From Blasia pusilla (taxonomy: Eukaryota), in NCBI GenBank assembly GCA_050084515.1, contig CM114271.1, positions 44,268,001 through 44,332,000 on the forward strand: DNA of 64,000 bases, given 5' to 3'. The notes beneath the pieces are model-generated. The model had not been told where the DNA came from. It ran no database searches and worked only from the letters and a program-made list of their open reading frames with translations. The position numbers were made by a program, and so were the translations under genes. Within the stretch, counting starts at the first letter, position 1. Each line of letters starts with the position of its first letter. Below, one piece after another: positions 38,201 through 51,565 of the stretch.

Positions 38201-39548
38201 GTCAGATTCATGGCAGGCTGCGGCTACTAGGATGGCAGAGATGCCCGCTAGACCCGCGATAGAGGGCGCCATGGCTTCTCCCGGTGTTGTATTGCTGGAT
38301 AACAAGGAAGAAGTGTCCCTGTAAGTGAGTCTATGAGGTAGAGTTTTTAGACCGTAGCGTGTCTCGTTGGATTCAGGAGCGCAACCCTTGAGGTTGGGTT
38401 AAGCGGCATTCAAAGGATTGGGCTTGCCGAGAGCCGATGTGGAGCGTTGTCCATTCCAGATATAGACATCCTTGGGTGGAGCAAATACCACAAAGTAAAT
38501 CACCCGACATGAGGTCGTGGTGAGGATTTTCCTGGGACATCCTACACATGATTCCATGGTGCGAGCCAAGGCGATAGTGACCAATGCAGAGTCCTACGAA
38601 GTCTTGGTTGGTGGAGCAGTTTTGTACCCGATGGGATTTTCCCTCGATTACAAGGAGGAGTCAGCGTCCTACAGGCCACGATGGCAGTCAAGTGATTGGT
38701 GCCTTAGCTCATTACCCATTTGAATCATCAGTGGAGTGGTTGAGCGACGGCCAAGAGAGATGGCGATCTTAGCAGCATTTAGCGGCGCCATCACTTGATC
38801 TAGTGATTTGATTGAGGGACATGTCCATGCAGAGGACACTCCCATTCTTGACATTTCTATAGAGAGGAGTGTCATGATGGCCGCATCATTCCATGGAGGA
38901 GAGGTGCCGCTTTGGGGCTCGACTGAGGGGCTTTGACGGAAAGTTGTTGAGCATGTGCAGACCGCGTGGAGCAAGACATTTGCATCGAAGCATGACGGGT
39001 CAGAGGACCCCGAGGTAGCCGAGAGTGCTATGATGACGCCCTCAGATACTACACTCATTGTGTGGCGCATCCTATAGGAGGATATTCGTGTGTTGGATCT
39101 CTTTGGAAGGATTAGCAGAAGTTTAGTTGTTGTTTTGCAGGCAAGAGTATGCGTGCAGCAGTACCTGTATGTGGAGATTGATGATTTTGCGAGGCGCGCT
39201 TTACTTCACCATGTGGCGCAATTACGCCTCCAATTTCCTGACTTGTTGTCTACGTCCGCCATCCAGGGGTTCCATAGTTCCCAGCCAAGGGAAATTTTAC
39301 TGCTAGGGTTGTAGGACTTAGAGCGGGTACGGACCATAGATTTGGTCATTGTTGGTTGGCCGTGTTAGGACCAGACGAGTGTTGGACGAGATAGCGGATT
39401 AGCTAACTCTTGGTCTAGGTTGTTCTGGGAGATGATGCGGATCTTGCGACACTTACAGGAGCATCAATCTCATTCTCCAGCATACATTCTAGAGAATATG
39501 CCGATTTTGGGCGATTCGAGGTCCCGCGTCGTGACGAGTACACAACAA
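35231..39548 (+). mobile_element. Gypsy-type DNMT retroelement copy 4 (5' UTR, gag, protease, first half of the C5-MTase), heavily decayed
   Basis: Homologous to 54400-50270. Zn-knuckle-like CWACGGSHHQPDC and CDYCQRYGHTRFMC, protease LDSGAQP at ~38367, MTase VLDLFG / GWPC / LEN at ~39090-39500 with many stops. Confidence 0.9.
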
Positions 39549-39549
39549 C

Positions 39550-40077
39550 TCACATAGTCATATCTTCGTGACTAAACCAATTTTGTCCGCTTCTATAGTA
39601 GTCATGTAACTCTACTCTTCTAGTCATAGTACATGACTACATGAGGCCATACCAACATTTCAATAAAATAAAATGACTACATGAGTTGCCAACTATAACT
39701 GAATGGAGTATACTTGGTGCATTTTGATAGGATATTCTAAACTTTTGCGCACCAACCATGACTAAAGGAGTCGTTGGTGGTAACTAGAAAAATATACACA
39801 TATGACTAGATGAGTCGTACTCAAGTCCACATCATCATTCACATGTCACAACAATAGTCCATGTCATCAGTGACACATCACACTAAATAGTCCATGTCAC
39901 TGATGATGTGTCATTATTCCATGTCATCTAAGTGACGTGTCAGTCATGGCCTCATGACTACATCCTCAGGTCATATACCAACCTCCATCTAAGCTGACCA
40001 TCCTAGTTAGCCTAGTTGCCAAACAAATATGACTTGGCTTTTGTGTCTAAAGTAGTCGTCAGTCATTGTTAGTGGTG
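39550..40077. mobile_element. Possible CACTA-like terminal fragment
   Basis: Short subterminal motifs repeated in both orientations (catgactac / gtagtcatg), ending in tagtggtg (reverse complement CACCACTA). No partner end seen. Confidence 0.3.
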
Positions 40078-41229
40078 GTATGTAAAGTATGACTCATATG
40101 AGTCATATAACCTAGTCATAAAACCAGGGATTTCTTCTAGTGTATTTGGTGGCAAGGTGGAAGTTGATGGTTTGGGTGAAACAATAGAAGGAGTAGAAGA
40201 GACAAGAATGACATCGTCAAACGCAGGAAACAACAACATTTGTAGAGGGTTATCCAAATCAATAGGTAGGGGAACAAATTTTGGTAGTTTCCCATCATCT
40301 CGAGCAGTCTTCATATGCTCACTCAATTGAGTGGCTTTAACAGAAGAGAGGTGTAACAACATAGAAAGTGGGAGATGCATCTCATGTCGAAGTGTCTTCA
40401 GTTGATCTAAATGAATGCCTCCACTAATGAGGTTAAACAAGCGAGTGGCATGTTTCCTTGTAAGGGAGGGCCGAACTCCTTGAAGTCAACATTCCTGAAT
40501 TTAAGGGCTTCTTTTTGAATTTCTGCACATGGAGTGATGAGAGTTAAAATAGTGATGGATGAAGAGATAAAGAAGAGAGTGATGGACGCAATGAGCAAAG
40601 ATATTAGGTGAAAATACTACCTAAAGCTCGGCCATCCTTGTGAATGCGGAAAATTTTGGAATCCTAGACTTGTCCCTGTGAAATGAAACTCTCTATCTGT
40701 CGACCACTGACTCCATGTTCCCTGAAAGCTGGAATGACACCTAGGCTGTCTAAATACTTCATTTGATATTTTGTAGGTGATGTGTAACGTGGCCTCACAT
40801 CTTCTTGCTGGGTGTTTATGTCGTTCAAGATCATGTTGGAAAAATTGAGATAGTTTACATGACCTAAGAAATGAAAGTTAGTGATGTTGTTAAAGGAGGT
40901 AGTAGATGATAGAGGAAATAATAATGGAAAGAAACCAACCTCAGGTTGGTCTTGGTATGGCTGCTGAACTGTGTTTGACTGACGATATGCACCAAAGTCT
41001 GGTGGAGCTTAAACATTGTCATGTTGATTGGCTTGTTGTCCAATGTAAGGAACAGGGGAAGTAGGATGAACTTGGTTTGCAGATATTGAAACACGCTCAC
41101 GTGTGGAGTTGCCTCGTGATGCTATTTCTCTTAAAATCACATGTAAGGAAAATTAATCCTGCAGGTTATGATCACCTTGCCCGAACACTCGAAAGTCTGT
41201 AGGATGTAGGTCTCCAAAGATTCTTAGCT

Positions 41230-44200
41230 GGTTTCTTGTCTTTACTCAAGAAAGCATGACATAAGCAAGGCCTATAGCAAATACAAACTTGATAACTAGA
41301 AGACAAGGACCTGATATTGTTAAACCCTGACTCTTGTGACTTGTCATGGCGTAGTCGAGTATCAATGGAAATGTTCTCTTGATATATTTATGATGTGATA
41401 CATACGTGAGCGTTGCAAATTTTGATCTACTAATAAGTAAGGTTTTGTTTTTTGATAAGATTGTGACCATAATACCCACCAAGTCTTCATCATCCTAAAT
41501 CAAGTCTATGACTTTTGCCAAGGACCCATCGGCAGCTTGTAACTTCAAATTAATATTTAAAGTGAGCATAGTAGTACAATTCATTGCAACAAACGGAAGT
41601 TGGTGAAATGTACTATCTTCTAGCCAAGAATTGAATTAAGTTGTAAGTGGAGCATATGATTTAATATCTACTTTAACAATTGATGCATCTGCAAACAAAC
41701 GCCTTAAAGCAAGTATGTTGAATATCGCTACGTCTTTGCAATGTGTGCATACTATTGTTGTGGCATGGTGAATGAAATCTATCGATTCATTTTCTGATAC
41801 AAAATTATCACACAAACATTGGTCAAGTTGAAGCTGTGTGGGTATTTTATGTCTAATAGAATTCAAGAATTGAAGGTAATGCGGATCAACTGAATGTCTA
41901 ATTGGAGTTGATAATTGAAAGGTCATAATTTTTTGAAAGAATATAGAGGATGTCACGTGGCAACTTGTACAGTAATCATTGGTTTTATGGTTGCAGACCA
42001 GCGGTAACTGACACATGTCACCAACTAAGATTACTAGTTTGTTATCATTGGTTTTATGGTTGCACACAAGCGGTAACTGACACATGTCATCAACTAAGAT
42101 TACTAGTTTGTTACCAAATAGATTCATATAATCGTTAGTACAAACTTTGTTTAAGCGCATTGCTATTATGTGGAAAACATTTTGGTATCAACATTGAACT
42201 CTCGTCTATAAAAATGACATGTGCAGATTTCAACCTCAAATAACTATTAGAAGTAGGATGGATTGATGGGAGATCACCTCTTATAGGTATGGCAAAAGTT
42301 CAATGAACAGTGGTGGCTTCATTGTGAAGCCTAACAGCTACAATGCCTGTAGTTGCTGTTAGCAATGGGTTCAATCTTGCCTTAGACCATACTTTATGCA
42401 TAAAGGTTATGAAATATGTTTTGCCACAACCAGGTGGACCTTTGAGGAGTACTAGACGTGATGTAAGGTTGGAGAGAGCATTGAAAAGATCAAGTTGCTC
42501 CTTATTAAGAGTAGATAGGTCGTCTTCTAAAGTTGCAATCTTAAATGGAATAGATGAAGAAGGAGTATGAGTTGATGATTGCAAAAGCATTTGACTTATG
42601 TCCATATTAAATTCAGATTGTAGTTTGTCAGTAACCTTGGCAAGGATTTTTGAAAGTTGAACTTGTCCCCATAAATTCTTGATTGCATGGTTTTTAAGTG
42701 TGAAGATACCAGAGATACCTCAGATATGAATGAAATATTGTGGAGCAACGCAGAGTAGAAAAAATTGTTCCACTGATGTAGAGGGTGGAACTGGGTAAAC
42801 TGAAAAAACGATTTGTGCATGTTACGATATTGCCAAGATTTCTAGGGCAAGGAATTTAGTCGTGTTTACATGGTAGGATTTGACTAATTCATACCTAGAT
42901 CAATATTCAATAAATGTAAGGCTTTCAAGTTGTGATGGCCCATTAGAATATAGAACAACATGATGAATGCAAGGAATAGAAGCATTTCTATATAATGAGT
43001 TGCGCCGGTGTGGGGGATTAGAGTCAACATAGTGAACAACTTGTGAACAAAAAATAATAGGTATTTGCATAGAGGTTAATGCAGCTTCTATAGAGGAAAT
43101 AAATATATTTAAAACCACTCCTGAAATCAATTTTAACTTAATTTCATCTAAGCCTCCTAATCCTAGGTATCGGGCAATGTCAGTGTCGATGTCCAAGGAC
43201 CCTCTTGGTTCAGATTTAAGCCCATATTTTAGTAAATAAAAAGACCACTCGATATTTGTGACTCTTTGTATGTTCATATGCGCCCCCATAATATCAAGAG
43301 CAAAGGGTGATAGGAAATAACATTACGTTTCTCTAGAGATGGACGATGATAGTTCCGTCTCATGGTTTTTGGATCAATATATGGTTCAACTTTTTGGTTT
43401 GGAGGCGAGGGAAAACCAAGGCGACAATATAGCTTCTGATTTTTATTTTTTGCGTACAATGCATACTCCTTCTTTGCACTTGTGCAAATTGCTTATTTGA
43501 GATGTATTGAGAAAGAAGATCCTCTGAAGACAGTGTTGACGCATTTTCTAAGTTAGATGTAGTATATGGACAAGTGGATGGAATATAGGCGGCTATCCCT
43601 AACGTAATTTGTTGAATTTTTGAGTCATCAATCCATAATATCATGTGGCAATGTAGGCTGCCTCGACCCTAGAGTTCACACCAAAGTAAGTAATGAAGCA
43701 CTCAACCAAGTATTTTTGGGTCTTATAATGTACAAGAGTTTCTATTTTACAGTCGTTTAATAAGTTCGATCCCCAAGAGAATCATTGTTTGATGAAAAGA
43801 GAGTTCAAAATTACAATTCTGTTGCAATAGTTGTATTTAAATGTGTATTATTTATAATCAATGTCTTATCAATATCTTCGGATCTTTCTTAGTACCAAAG
43901 TTTCTTTTCTCAATTCTCTCTAGTGGAGTTGACAGCACGCTAAGGTAGATTTCCTCTCGATCTCAAGAAACCTCACAGAGACCTCAACATAAAAGCTGGC
44001 TTCTCCTACTTTCGGAACTCAATCCGTCTCGGCAGGCTACTCTCTGTCAAACAGATTTCCTACAACTCTATGTTGATTATTCCATTGATGAGAAAGGTTC
44101 GCCTGATTCACTCCTCACTCTGCAGACCCAATAAGAATACTCAGACATAAGCATCGCACATCAGAATGAAGGAATTATTGCTTTACTACTCTATCAAGAA

Positions 44201-45456
44201 TGAGAAAGCTTTTAAGTGTATATAAGCTTGAGAGGGTACTACTCCCTTGCTTGGACCATTCCTACAGCATAAGGACTTCGTAAGAGAATGATGATGATAG
44301 CTACTTTCATTGCTTCTTAAATACTCTTTGAAGGAGGAGTGATCCAAAGATTCGAAGTGGTTTTGATGAAGCTGGTTGCTCTTCAACTTTTGTAACTACC
44401 TAGATTTATGGTGCTCTTTGCTTTTCCTATGATCCCTATGAATCCGCAGAACAAAACTGTCATAACTACCAATTTAATACAAAGGGTTGCGTCTCTTCCT
44501 ATTCTAACTGTTCTAACTATATGTCGCTTGAAATCACTGTCAGTCTTAGCTTCGCTTCGCTGCTAAGTCTGGACCTCTTTTGCTTCGCTTGAGCACAAAG
44601 CTCTTTCTCCTGATCTGAAGACGAAGCGCTCCATTCTTGGTTCTTGTTCCAGGTGCTTTGTTCTTCGTGCTTCGTACAAGAGCGAAGTACTTCTTTCTTT
44701 TCTTCTTCCTGCTTCGTTATGCTTCGTTATAGAGCAAAGCACTTCATAGACAGAGCTTCGTTGAGCCGTTGAGCTTCGTTGTCGTTCCGAAGCTTCTTGC
44801 TGGGTTTTGAGACTTCGTTATTTTAGTCTCCTCTCCTCTTAGGCAAATCCTTGATTTTCTATCTCTCTACCTTGTCCTTGGAGCTTCGTGATTCACTTTA
44901 ATCTTACTCATTCCTTCCCATAATAATATATAATAATCAAAATCATAATGTATATACAAGTCTTCGTTGAATAAAAATATATATTTCTTCAAAAGTATAA
45001 AATTGTGGGTATTACAGGCCCCCAAATATGAAACTTGATAGAAAAGATTGTAACCTTGTGTGAAAAAGATGAGCACATTGTGCAAGAGTGTCTTGCCATG
45101 TAAATGATGAATTTAATTTTTTCAATAGAAATTCAATATCATCATACTCTAGCCATCGAGTTGTTGGCACTTCTTCAAATGTTAAGGTAAGGAAAAACTG
45201 TGGCATGTCCCATTTGTGGACCATGGCTTTGAGGTCCTTCAAATGTCTACGGTGCCATGAAGGACTACCTCGAATATGAAGTCTAATAGAATATTTTGAC
45301 AAGTGTCTCTAAAGATGTTCTTAAGGCAGATCAGGTTTTTCTTTCCTTAGTTTGTCAAACTCAAGGTTTAGTATGAAGGATCTACTTCAAGAGCATAAGA
45401 TTATAGATTGCCTTAGATCATGCATTAACATGGAATAAGATTTATACAAAGAGAAG
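41230..45456 (-). pseudogene. Helitron Rep-helicase, 3' part (HUH Rep + PIF1-like SF1 helicase), decayed
   Basis: GSPSWH..DLKAMV..PQFFLTLT (Rep motif 1), EL*GRGSLHCHMILW (HUH motif 2, ~43680-43635), YLLKYGLK (motif 3), Walker A GPPGCGKT, IFIDESSM, GDMCQLPLV, YAMTSHKSQGLTI, GLAYVMLS. Confidence 0.9.
43730..45010. other. ~1.3-kb insertion interrupting the Helitron Rep domain (includes an LTR-like, gcttcg-rich segment ~43860-44930)
   Basis: Separates Rep motif 1 (45012-45302) from motif 2 (~43680), which are normally close together. Boundaries are approximate and the family is not identified. Confidence 0.45.
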
Positions 45457-46230
45457 TGTCGGGCGCATACACATCGCTACACAACATACATCGCTGTCAT
45501 CGGACACACACACAAACACGCATGATCCCATGCTAACTCATGGCATCCAAACAACGAGACAAGAAGTACCAAAATGTCTTCAATTAAAGTAAGATCCAAT
45601 CTCTCTCTCCACCATCTCACACCATAGCTCTCAAAGGTGTGCACTCTCTCTCTCATGTCAAACCAAACCCACTCTCCTAATCAGAGGCTTGGGTTACACT
45701 CACAAGGCAAGGTACCATAGCTCCGTCGCCTCATGCCAAGAGGTTCAACAAAGAGAGAATGAACTCTCAAGCTCTCTCTCCTTGAGGTATACCCCTCCCC
45801 TCTCCCAAGCTCTCTCCAAGGTAACCTATTCTCCCAAGTCACCTCCTTGGCTCTTGACCTGATGTAGGAGGTCAAAGGCCACTTACCAAAAATAGAAAAT
45901 CGATCATATATTCAAAATGGTACTTACCTAAAATAGTAAGTTCCTCAATATGGCTCCAAATGAGCCGAAACGAAAGAGAAACCTGCTCTCTCAGGTTTCC
46001 TGGGGTCTCAGTAGGTCATCCACGACCTAGTGAGCATGTTCTCCACTACTCACGAAGGCGCTCTATTAGATCTCACCGATCTATCCTAAAAGACGTGACA
46101 GTTGTCGTGCGCATACACATCGCTTCACAACATACATCGCTGTCACCGAACACACACACAAACACGCATGATCCCATGCTAACTCATGGCATCCAAACAA
46201 CGAGACAAGAAGTACCAAAATATCTCCAAT
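45457..46230 (-). repeat. 3' terminal repeat block B1 (46103-46230), A2 (45585-46100), B2 (45457-45584)
   Basis: B1 and B2 are near-identical 128-bp direct repeats. A2 matches 55208-55721. A 2-bp spacer (46101-46102) separates B1 and A2. Confidence 0.92.
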
Positions 46231-46410
46231 CGCCTCCCTAGCTGGTGGTTAGGTCCCTCTAACTCCATATAGCCATCTATCCCTACCTACCATGACATAC
46301 ATCTCTCGGACGCTAAGAGCAAGAAGGCCGGGTGCTCATGTGGCCCCATCGTTAGTCGCCTCCTTGTCATCAATGTCACAGACACAAGTCAGAATGTAGA
46401 ACTTCCTACT

Positions 46411-47700
46411 CTATGTACATGTGGGACACATCCATCGTCCCTGAGGAACCCTAGTGAGAGCAGGCGTCAAACATGCCATATGCCATCCTCTCGAACACCC
46501 ATCACAGACTAGCATCGTGGCCGCACCACGGGCAGAACCACACAACATACAACGCAAGCCTGCAGGAACTACAGCTAAGCTCGGATCTACTGTACCATCA
46601 ATATTAGGAAGGTGACATGGCGCACAATTACGCACATGGTCCTTCCATACCATACCATCGCGTCCCTCCAGCAAGAGAACACCCGATGGCAAAATGTCAC
46701 GCACTCTCAGGATAGTGCGCCTGCGATCACATCCAACGCCGTCGTCGGTCGTCTAAATGCGATGCAAGTAGACATAATCTCCCTGATGAAACCTCCGGAT
46801 AGTTGGTCGATAACCACCACCCCGAATAGTCGCATACCTCAACGTATCCCGATGTTGTGCAATCGCCAAGTTCTCGAACGCCATGGGCATCATTCTCCAA
46901 AATAACTCAGCCCTCTGAGAACATGCTCGCACCCATACATCTGGGTCATCAAGGTTCAACACCTCACCAGCATCTCGACGAATGGCCGCAGGTAAATCTG
47001 GCTCTCGGCCATAAAGTAGCAAGTACGGTGAAAAAGACCCTAAGGATGCCTACCTGCTGAATTTGTATCCCATCGCCAATTGGAGGTCCCAATCTCCTAG
47101 GTGACCTCTCTGCAAGCCATACTTGCGTAAACCCCTCTTCACCGTCTGCACAACTCTCTCCGCTAATCCATCCGCCTCCGGATGATCTCGCGAAGTCGTG
47201 CGGTGGTCGATCAGCGCCTGATCACACAAGGCTTGGAACTGACCGCGAAACTCGGTACCTTGGTCTGTCAACACCTCAGCCGGTGCACCATAATGACTCA
47301 CCACTCTATCAAGGAAGGCATAAGCTACTCACTCACTCGCTTTGTCAGGCAATGCAACCAACTCGATCCACTTCGAGAAGTGCTCGACCATCACCAACAC
47401 ATAACGACCGTGGACGCTTCGCCGTCAGGGCAAAGGTCTGCAAAATCCAAACTCCATCTATATCCTAAGCCCATGATCGGTAATGGATGCAATCGGAGTC
47501 GGAGCATTGAACGATACTCGGACCCGATCACACACCATGCACTGGCAACAAACTGCTGAACGTCGTCTGCATGCCTCGCCACCAATACTGAATCTGGAGC
47601 AAGCTGTACGTCCGCTTCACCCCAAAGTGACCCAACTCCTCGTGGGCATGTTGCACTAGTCGTGCTCTCTGCAAAGGATGCGGCACTACGCATACTCTGC
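46411..47700 (-). pseudogene. DDE integrase with C-terminal PHD finger
   Basis: HEELGHFG (HHCC region), WSLDF, VLTDQGTEF, HPEADGLAERVVQ, and PHD CMLCGS..MLVCDGCSRGWHMACLTPAL..VPQGRWMCPTC (C4HC3). Confidence 0.93.
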
Positions 47701-48029
47701 CATCCTCCCAAACCCTCAAAACATGTGTCCCCTCCCAACGGAACCGTCTAGCCCGCTGTAGGATAGGATCCCGCTCTCTAGCATCCACGGTGCACGCAAC
47801 GCTCCCAGTACGAAGGTACTCCAAGACAAATCCATCATCATGAATATCTCGGCCACTTGCCGTGTCTTCACTGGCCTCGGGATCCAAGGACTCTCCACTA
47901 GACCTCGCCATCGAAGTCTCCACACTCTGGCACTCCATAGCCAACATGCCTAAATAGGCCGACGCGTGCCATCCTGGCACCGACTCCTCATCACTCTCTC
48001 CATGCCATCGAGCTCCAGTCGCATCTCGC

Positions 48030-49330
48030 TGACTCGGGCATGGGTTATGACTCAACCTATCTGCATCTTGGTTGAGCGTCCCAGGTCTATGTACCACCTG
48101 AAAATCATACTCCTGCAACAACAGGCCCATCTCGCAAGCTTCCTGTAAGCTTGCCGGACTCCATCAACCACTTCGGTGGTTGATGATGTGATGATGGTAA
48201 GGGGTTTCCAAATAAGTAACACCGAAATGCGCGACCCCACACATGACCAAGCACTCACCCTCATACGAGTTGTACTTTGCCTCTGCGGCGTTGTTCGAGT
48301 GGCTAGCGTAAGCCACTCTGAACTCTCTACCCTCATCATCATCTTTGGGTGAGCACCGCCCAAGCCCCAACATGCTCCAATGTGTGCAATCTGGAAAGGA
48401 TGCCCCGATCGGTCTCCTCAAGATGGGTGCGGACGTCAACTTTGTCCTGAGCAATCGAAATGCTCGCTCTTGCTCATCCCCGAGTGCCACTCGTGATCCA
48501 CCTTGGTCGCAAGGTCGGACCATAATCGAATCGAATCCCTTGACATATCGCCGATAGAAGTTGCCAATCCCATGAATGCGTGAACATGGCTCACATCCGT
48601 AGGGCGTGGAATGCGTGAGATAGCCTCTACCTTTGTTTTTGAACACGAAGGCCCCCTGGGTATATCGTATGACCCAAGTACTCAATCTGGTCGTAGAAGA
48701 ACTTGCACTTGCTTGGATGTTGCTTCACCCATGTAATTGCAATCGTCAAAACACCTCCTCTAGATGTTGCTCATGCTCCTCAACCGTGGCGCTAAAGACT
48801 ACGATGTCATCAATATAACACCTAGCAAAATCCGGACCACCAAGATCCTATCCATGACCCTTCGAAACTCAGCCGGGCGTTCTTTAACCCAAATGGTAAG
48901 AACCGCCTTTGGTACAAACAATCCTTCCCGTGAGGATCGATGCCCCAAAATGCCGTCTTCTTCGCTTTTGTCCTCCAATCGATAGGTGATGGTATCCGGC
49001 TCATAAATCAATGAATCAAGACCTTTGCGTGACCAATCGCATCAAAGATCTCCTCGAGGGGTGGGCATGGCATACCTATCGGACTTCGTGCGCCGATTGA
49101 TAGGTCGGTAATCCCCACACATCCGCCTATCCGTCCAGTTGCCATGCACATTCTTCTTGGCGGGCATGATAGTGGCGGATGCATACTCCCCATGCAACAT
49201 CTCCACTAGTCTGCTCCGACCAAGTCCTGGCTCCTACTCGAATCGAGCCCTCTCCATATCACTTTGCACTGTAGGGTCGCGGAAGATCGGCATATCACTC
49301 GAAAACTCAATGCGGATCCCCGATCCCTTT
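48030..49330 (-). pseudogene. Reverse transcriptase + RNase H (many frameshifts)
   Basis: EEIFDAIGHAKV, KTAFWG, FLPFGLKNA, yIDD-like site at ~48805-48820, RVAYASHSNN..KYNSYEGEC, LLLQEYDFQVVHRPG..N.DAD.LS. Confidence 0.9.
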
Positions 49331-49774
49331 AGCGCACCCAAATCCTCCTTGCTAAACGCAGCGCTCTTATAACTCCCGAGGCGATGTATTGGCGCCGCTC
49401 TCCTCCTGTCAACTTAGGGCCCATATCGGCTCCCAAGTCTTCATCGTGACTACGGTAGGACTCTCGGCGTGGGTATCGGTGGTTGCTATGGTGCAACCCC
49501 GTCTCGAACAACAACACTCGGCCGCTCTCCTACAGCCAACTGCAAACTCTGATCTCCTCCATGTGCAGTGCCCGAAACCACGCTCGATGATGTGGCTATC
49601 ATCTCCTTGCGTACCTGCAAAACATCCCAAGAAGTCCAAGGGTGTCTCTCCCGATCTCCCCTGGTGCGTAGATCTCCTCGGGTCTTGCCCCCAACCACTG
49701 CCTCCACCGTCTCGATAGGCATGGGGCTCAACAACGCAACCGTTGTGATCTGTCGCGATCTCATACGACGCTGC

Positions 49775-50720
49775 TCAGCTGAGGATCCATGTCAAGCAGT
49801 TAAGGTCCATCGCCTTACCCAAGACATGGCGTCGTGATGCCTCTGACACTGATGGTACTACCGTCACTCCTGTGAGACATCCCATCGCTCGCTCTCTCTC
49901 GTTGGCGTTGGGCTCCACCAACCGCTGAACCTGGTCATCCCAAACCAAGCCAGGACCGGCCTCCTTGTATGCATAGGAAGCGGGAAAACTCACAAACGTG
50001 GGCAAGGCTACCCGCGGCCTGCCTACCCTGTTGACCATAGTCAACGGTGGTCGATCATCGTGCCTCACTGCCTGGGATTGACGACCTGGATCCAGAATGG
50101 AATCCACTAACAAATGGGAGGGGCGCTCCACTCTCGGATACGCCCTCCATAACACCGCATGGGGCACCAAGTTGGTCCACCATAGACGCGGGCGATGGGC
50201 TCTAGAACCTACACCCGCCGCATCCAAGAACAATGTTGGGCCGATCCAGGCACGTACCTGATGAGCACTCATCACCACCCGTGACCTGGAGTCTCCTAAG
50301 ATAGGCACATTCTCCAGAATGTAGGCTGGAGAACGAGACTGGTGCTCCTGCAACTGCCGTAAGACCCTCAACATCTCCCAAAACAACCTAGATCGAGTGT
50401 CATCCAACCCGCTGCCTCGTCCAGCACTCGATTGGCCTTGACATGGCCAACCGGAAATGACCAAATCAATGGTCCCTACCCGCTCTAAGTCCTGCGCCTC
50501 CAACAACAAAATATCCCTCGGTAGGGAACTCGGTATCCAGATCTGCGGACGCACAATAAGTCGGGAAAACGAGGCGTAATTGCGCCACATGTTGTAGTGA
50601 GACGCGCCGCAACATCATCACTCTCCACATACAAATCTTTGTTGTACTCGCACTCTGCTGCAAAACAACAGCTAACCCGGTGCTAATCCCTCCAAAGAGA
50701 TCTAACACTCGAATACCCTC
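49775..50720 (-). pseudogene. C5 cytosine DNA methyltransferase domain, DNMT3-like, inside the pol region
   Basis: Motif I IRVLDLFGGISTG, IV DLVISGWPCQ, VI YILENV, VIII AHRPRLWWTNL, IX ERERAMG, X LGKAMD. Frameshifted between motifs I and IV. Confidence 0.93.
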
Positions 50721-51058
50721 CTCCGGGGTACACCACATAATGGGTGTGGTATCCAAGGGAGTCATCGTAGCACTCCCTGCTACCTCGGGTTCCTCAGACC
50801 CGTCACGCTTTGGTGCAAATGCCTCGCTCCATGCGATCTGCACGTGCTCATCTGCCAATCGTTGAAGCTCCTCAGTCGAGCCCCACAACGGCACCTCTCC
50901 TCCACGGAATGATGCAGCTACCATAACACTCCTCTCCATAGAAATTTCAGGAACGAGAGTATCCTCTGCATGGACATGTCCCTCAATCAAATCACTAGGC
51001 CAAGTGATGGCACTGCTAAATACTGCTAAGGTCGCCATCTCTCCTGGCCGTTGCTCGA

Positions 51059-51565
51059 TCACTGCACATGTGAATCGAACGGTAATGAGCTAAGGCGCCC
51101 ATCACTTGACCGCCATCCTGGTTTGTAGGACGCTGACTCCTCCCAGTAATCCAGGGAAAACCCCATCGGGTATAACACTGCTCCACCAACCAAGACGTCG
51201 TAGGACTCTGCATGAGTCACTATCGCCTTGGCGCGCACCACAGACTCATCTTTAGGATGTCCTTGGTGAATCCTCACCACGACCTCCTGTCGGGTGATAT
51301 ACTGTGTGGTACTTGCTCCACCCAAGGATGTCTGTATCCGGAATGGACAACGCTCCACATCGGCTCTCGTCAAGCCCAATCCTCTGAATGACGCTTTCCC
51401 CAACATCAAGGGTTGCGCTCTTGAATCCAACAAGACGCGCTGCGGACTAAAAGCTCTACCTCCAGGACTCACCAACTGGAAGACCTCTCCTTGGTTACCC
51501 AGCAACACAACACTAGGAGAAGCCATGGCACGCTCTATCGCGGGTCTAGCGGGCATCTCCGCCAT
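51059..51565 (-). pseudogene. Retropepsin-like aspartic protease
   Basis: VLLDS(R/G)AQPLMLG (DSG in copies 2 and 4) and the downstream YDVLVGG motif. Confidence 0.85.

Noticed and set aside
46411-46704. Host PHD-finger chromatin gene
   Set aside because: The PHD continues the integrase C-terminus and is present in four retroelement copies.
49775-50720. Bacterial restriction-modification system or contamination
   Set aside because: The MTase lies inside a retroelement pol region bounded by a TSD and recurs in another copy. No restriction endonuclease or operon structure is present.
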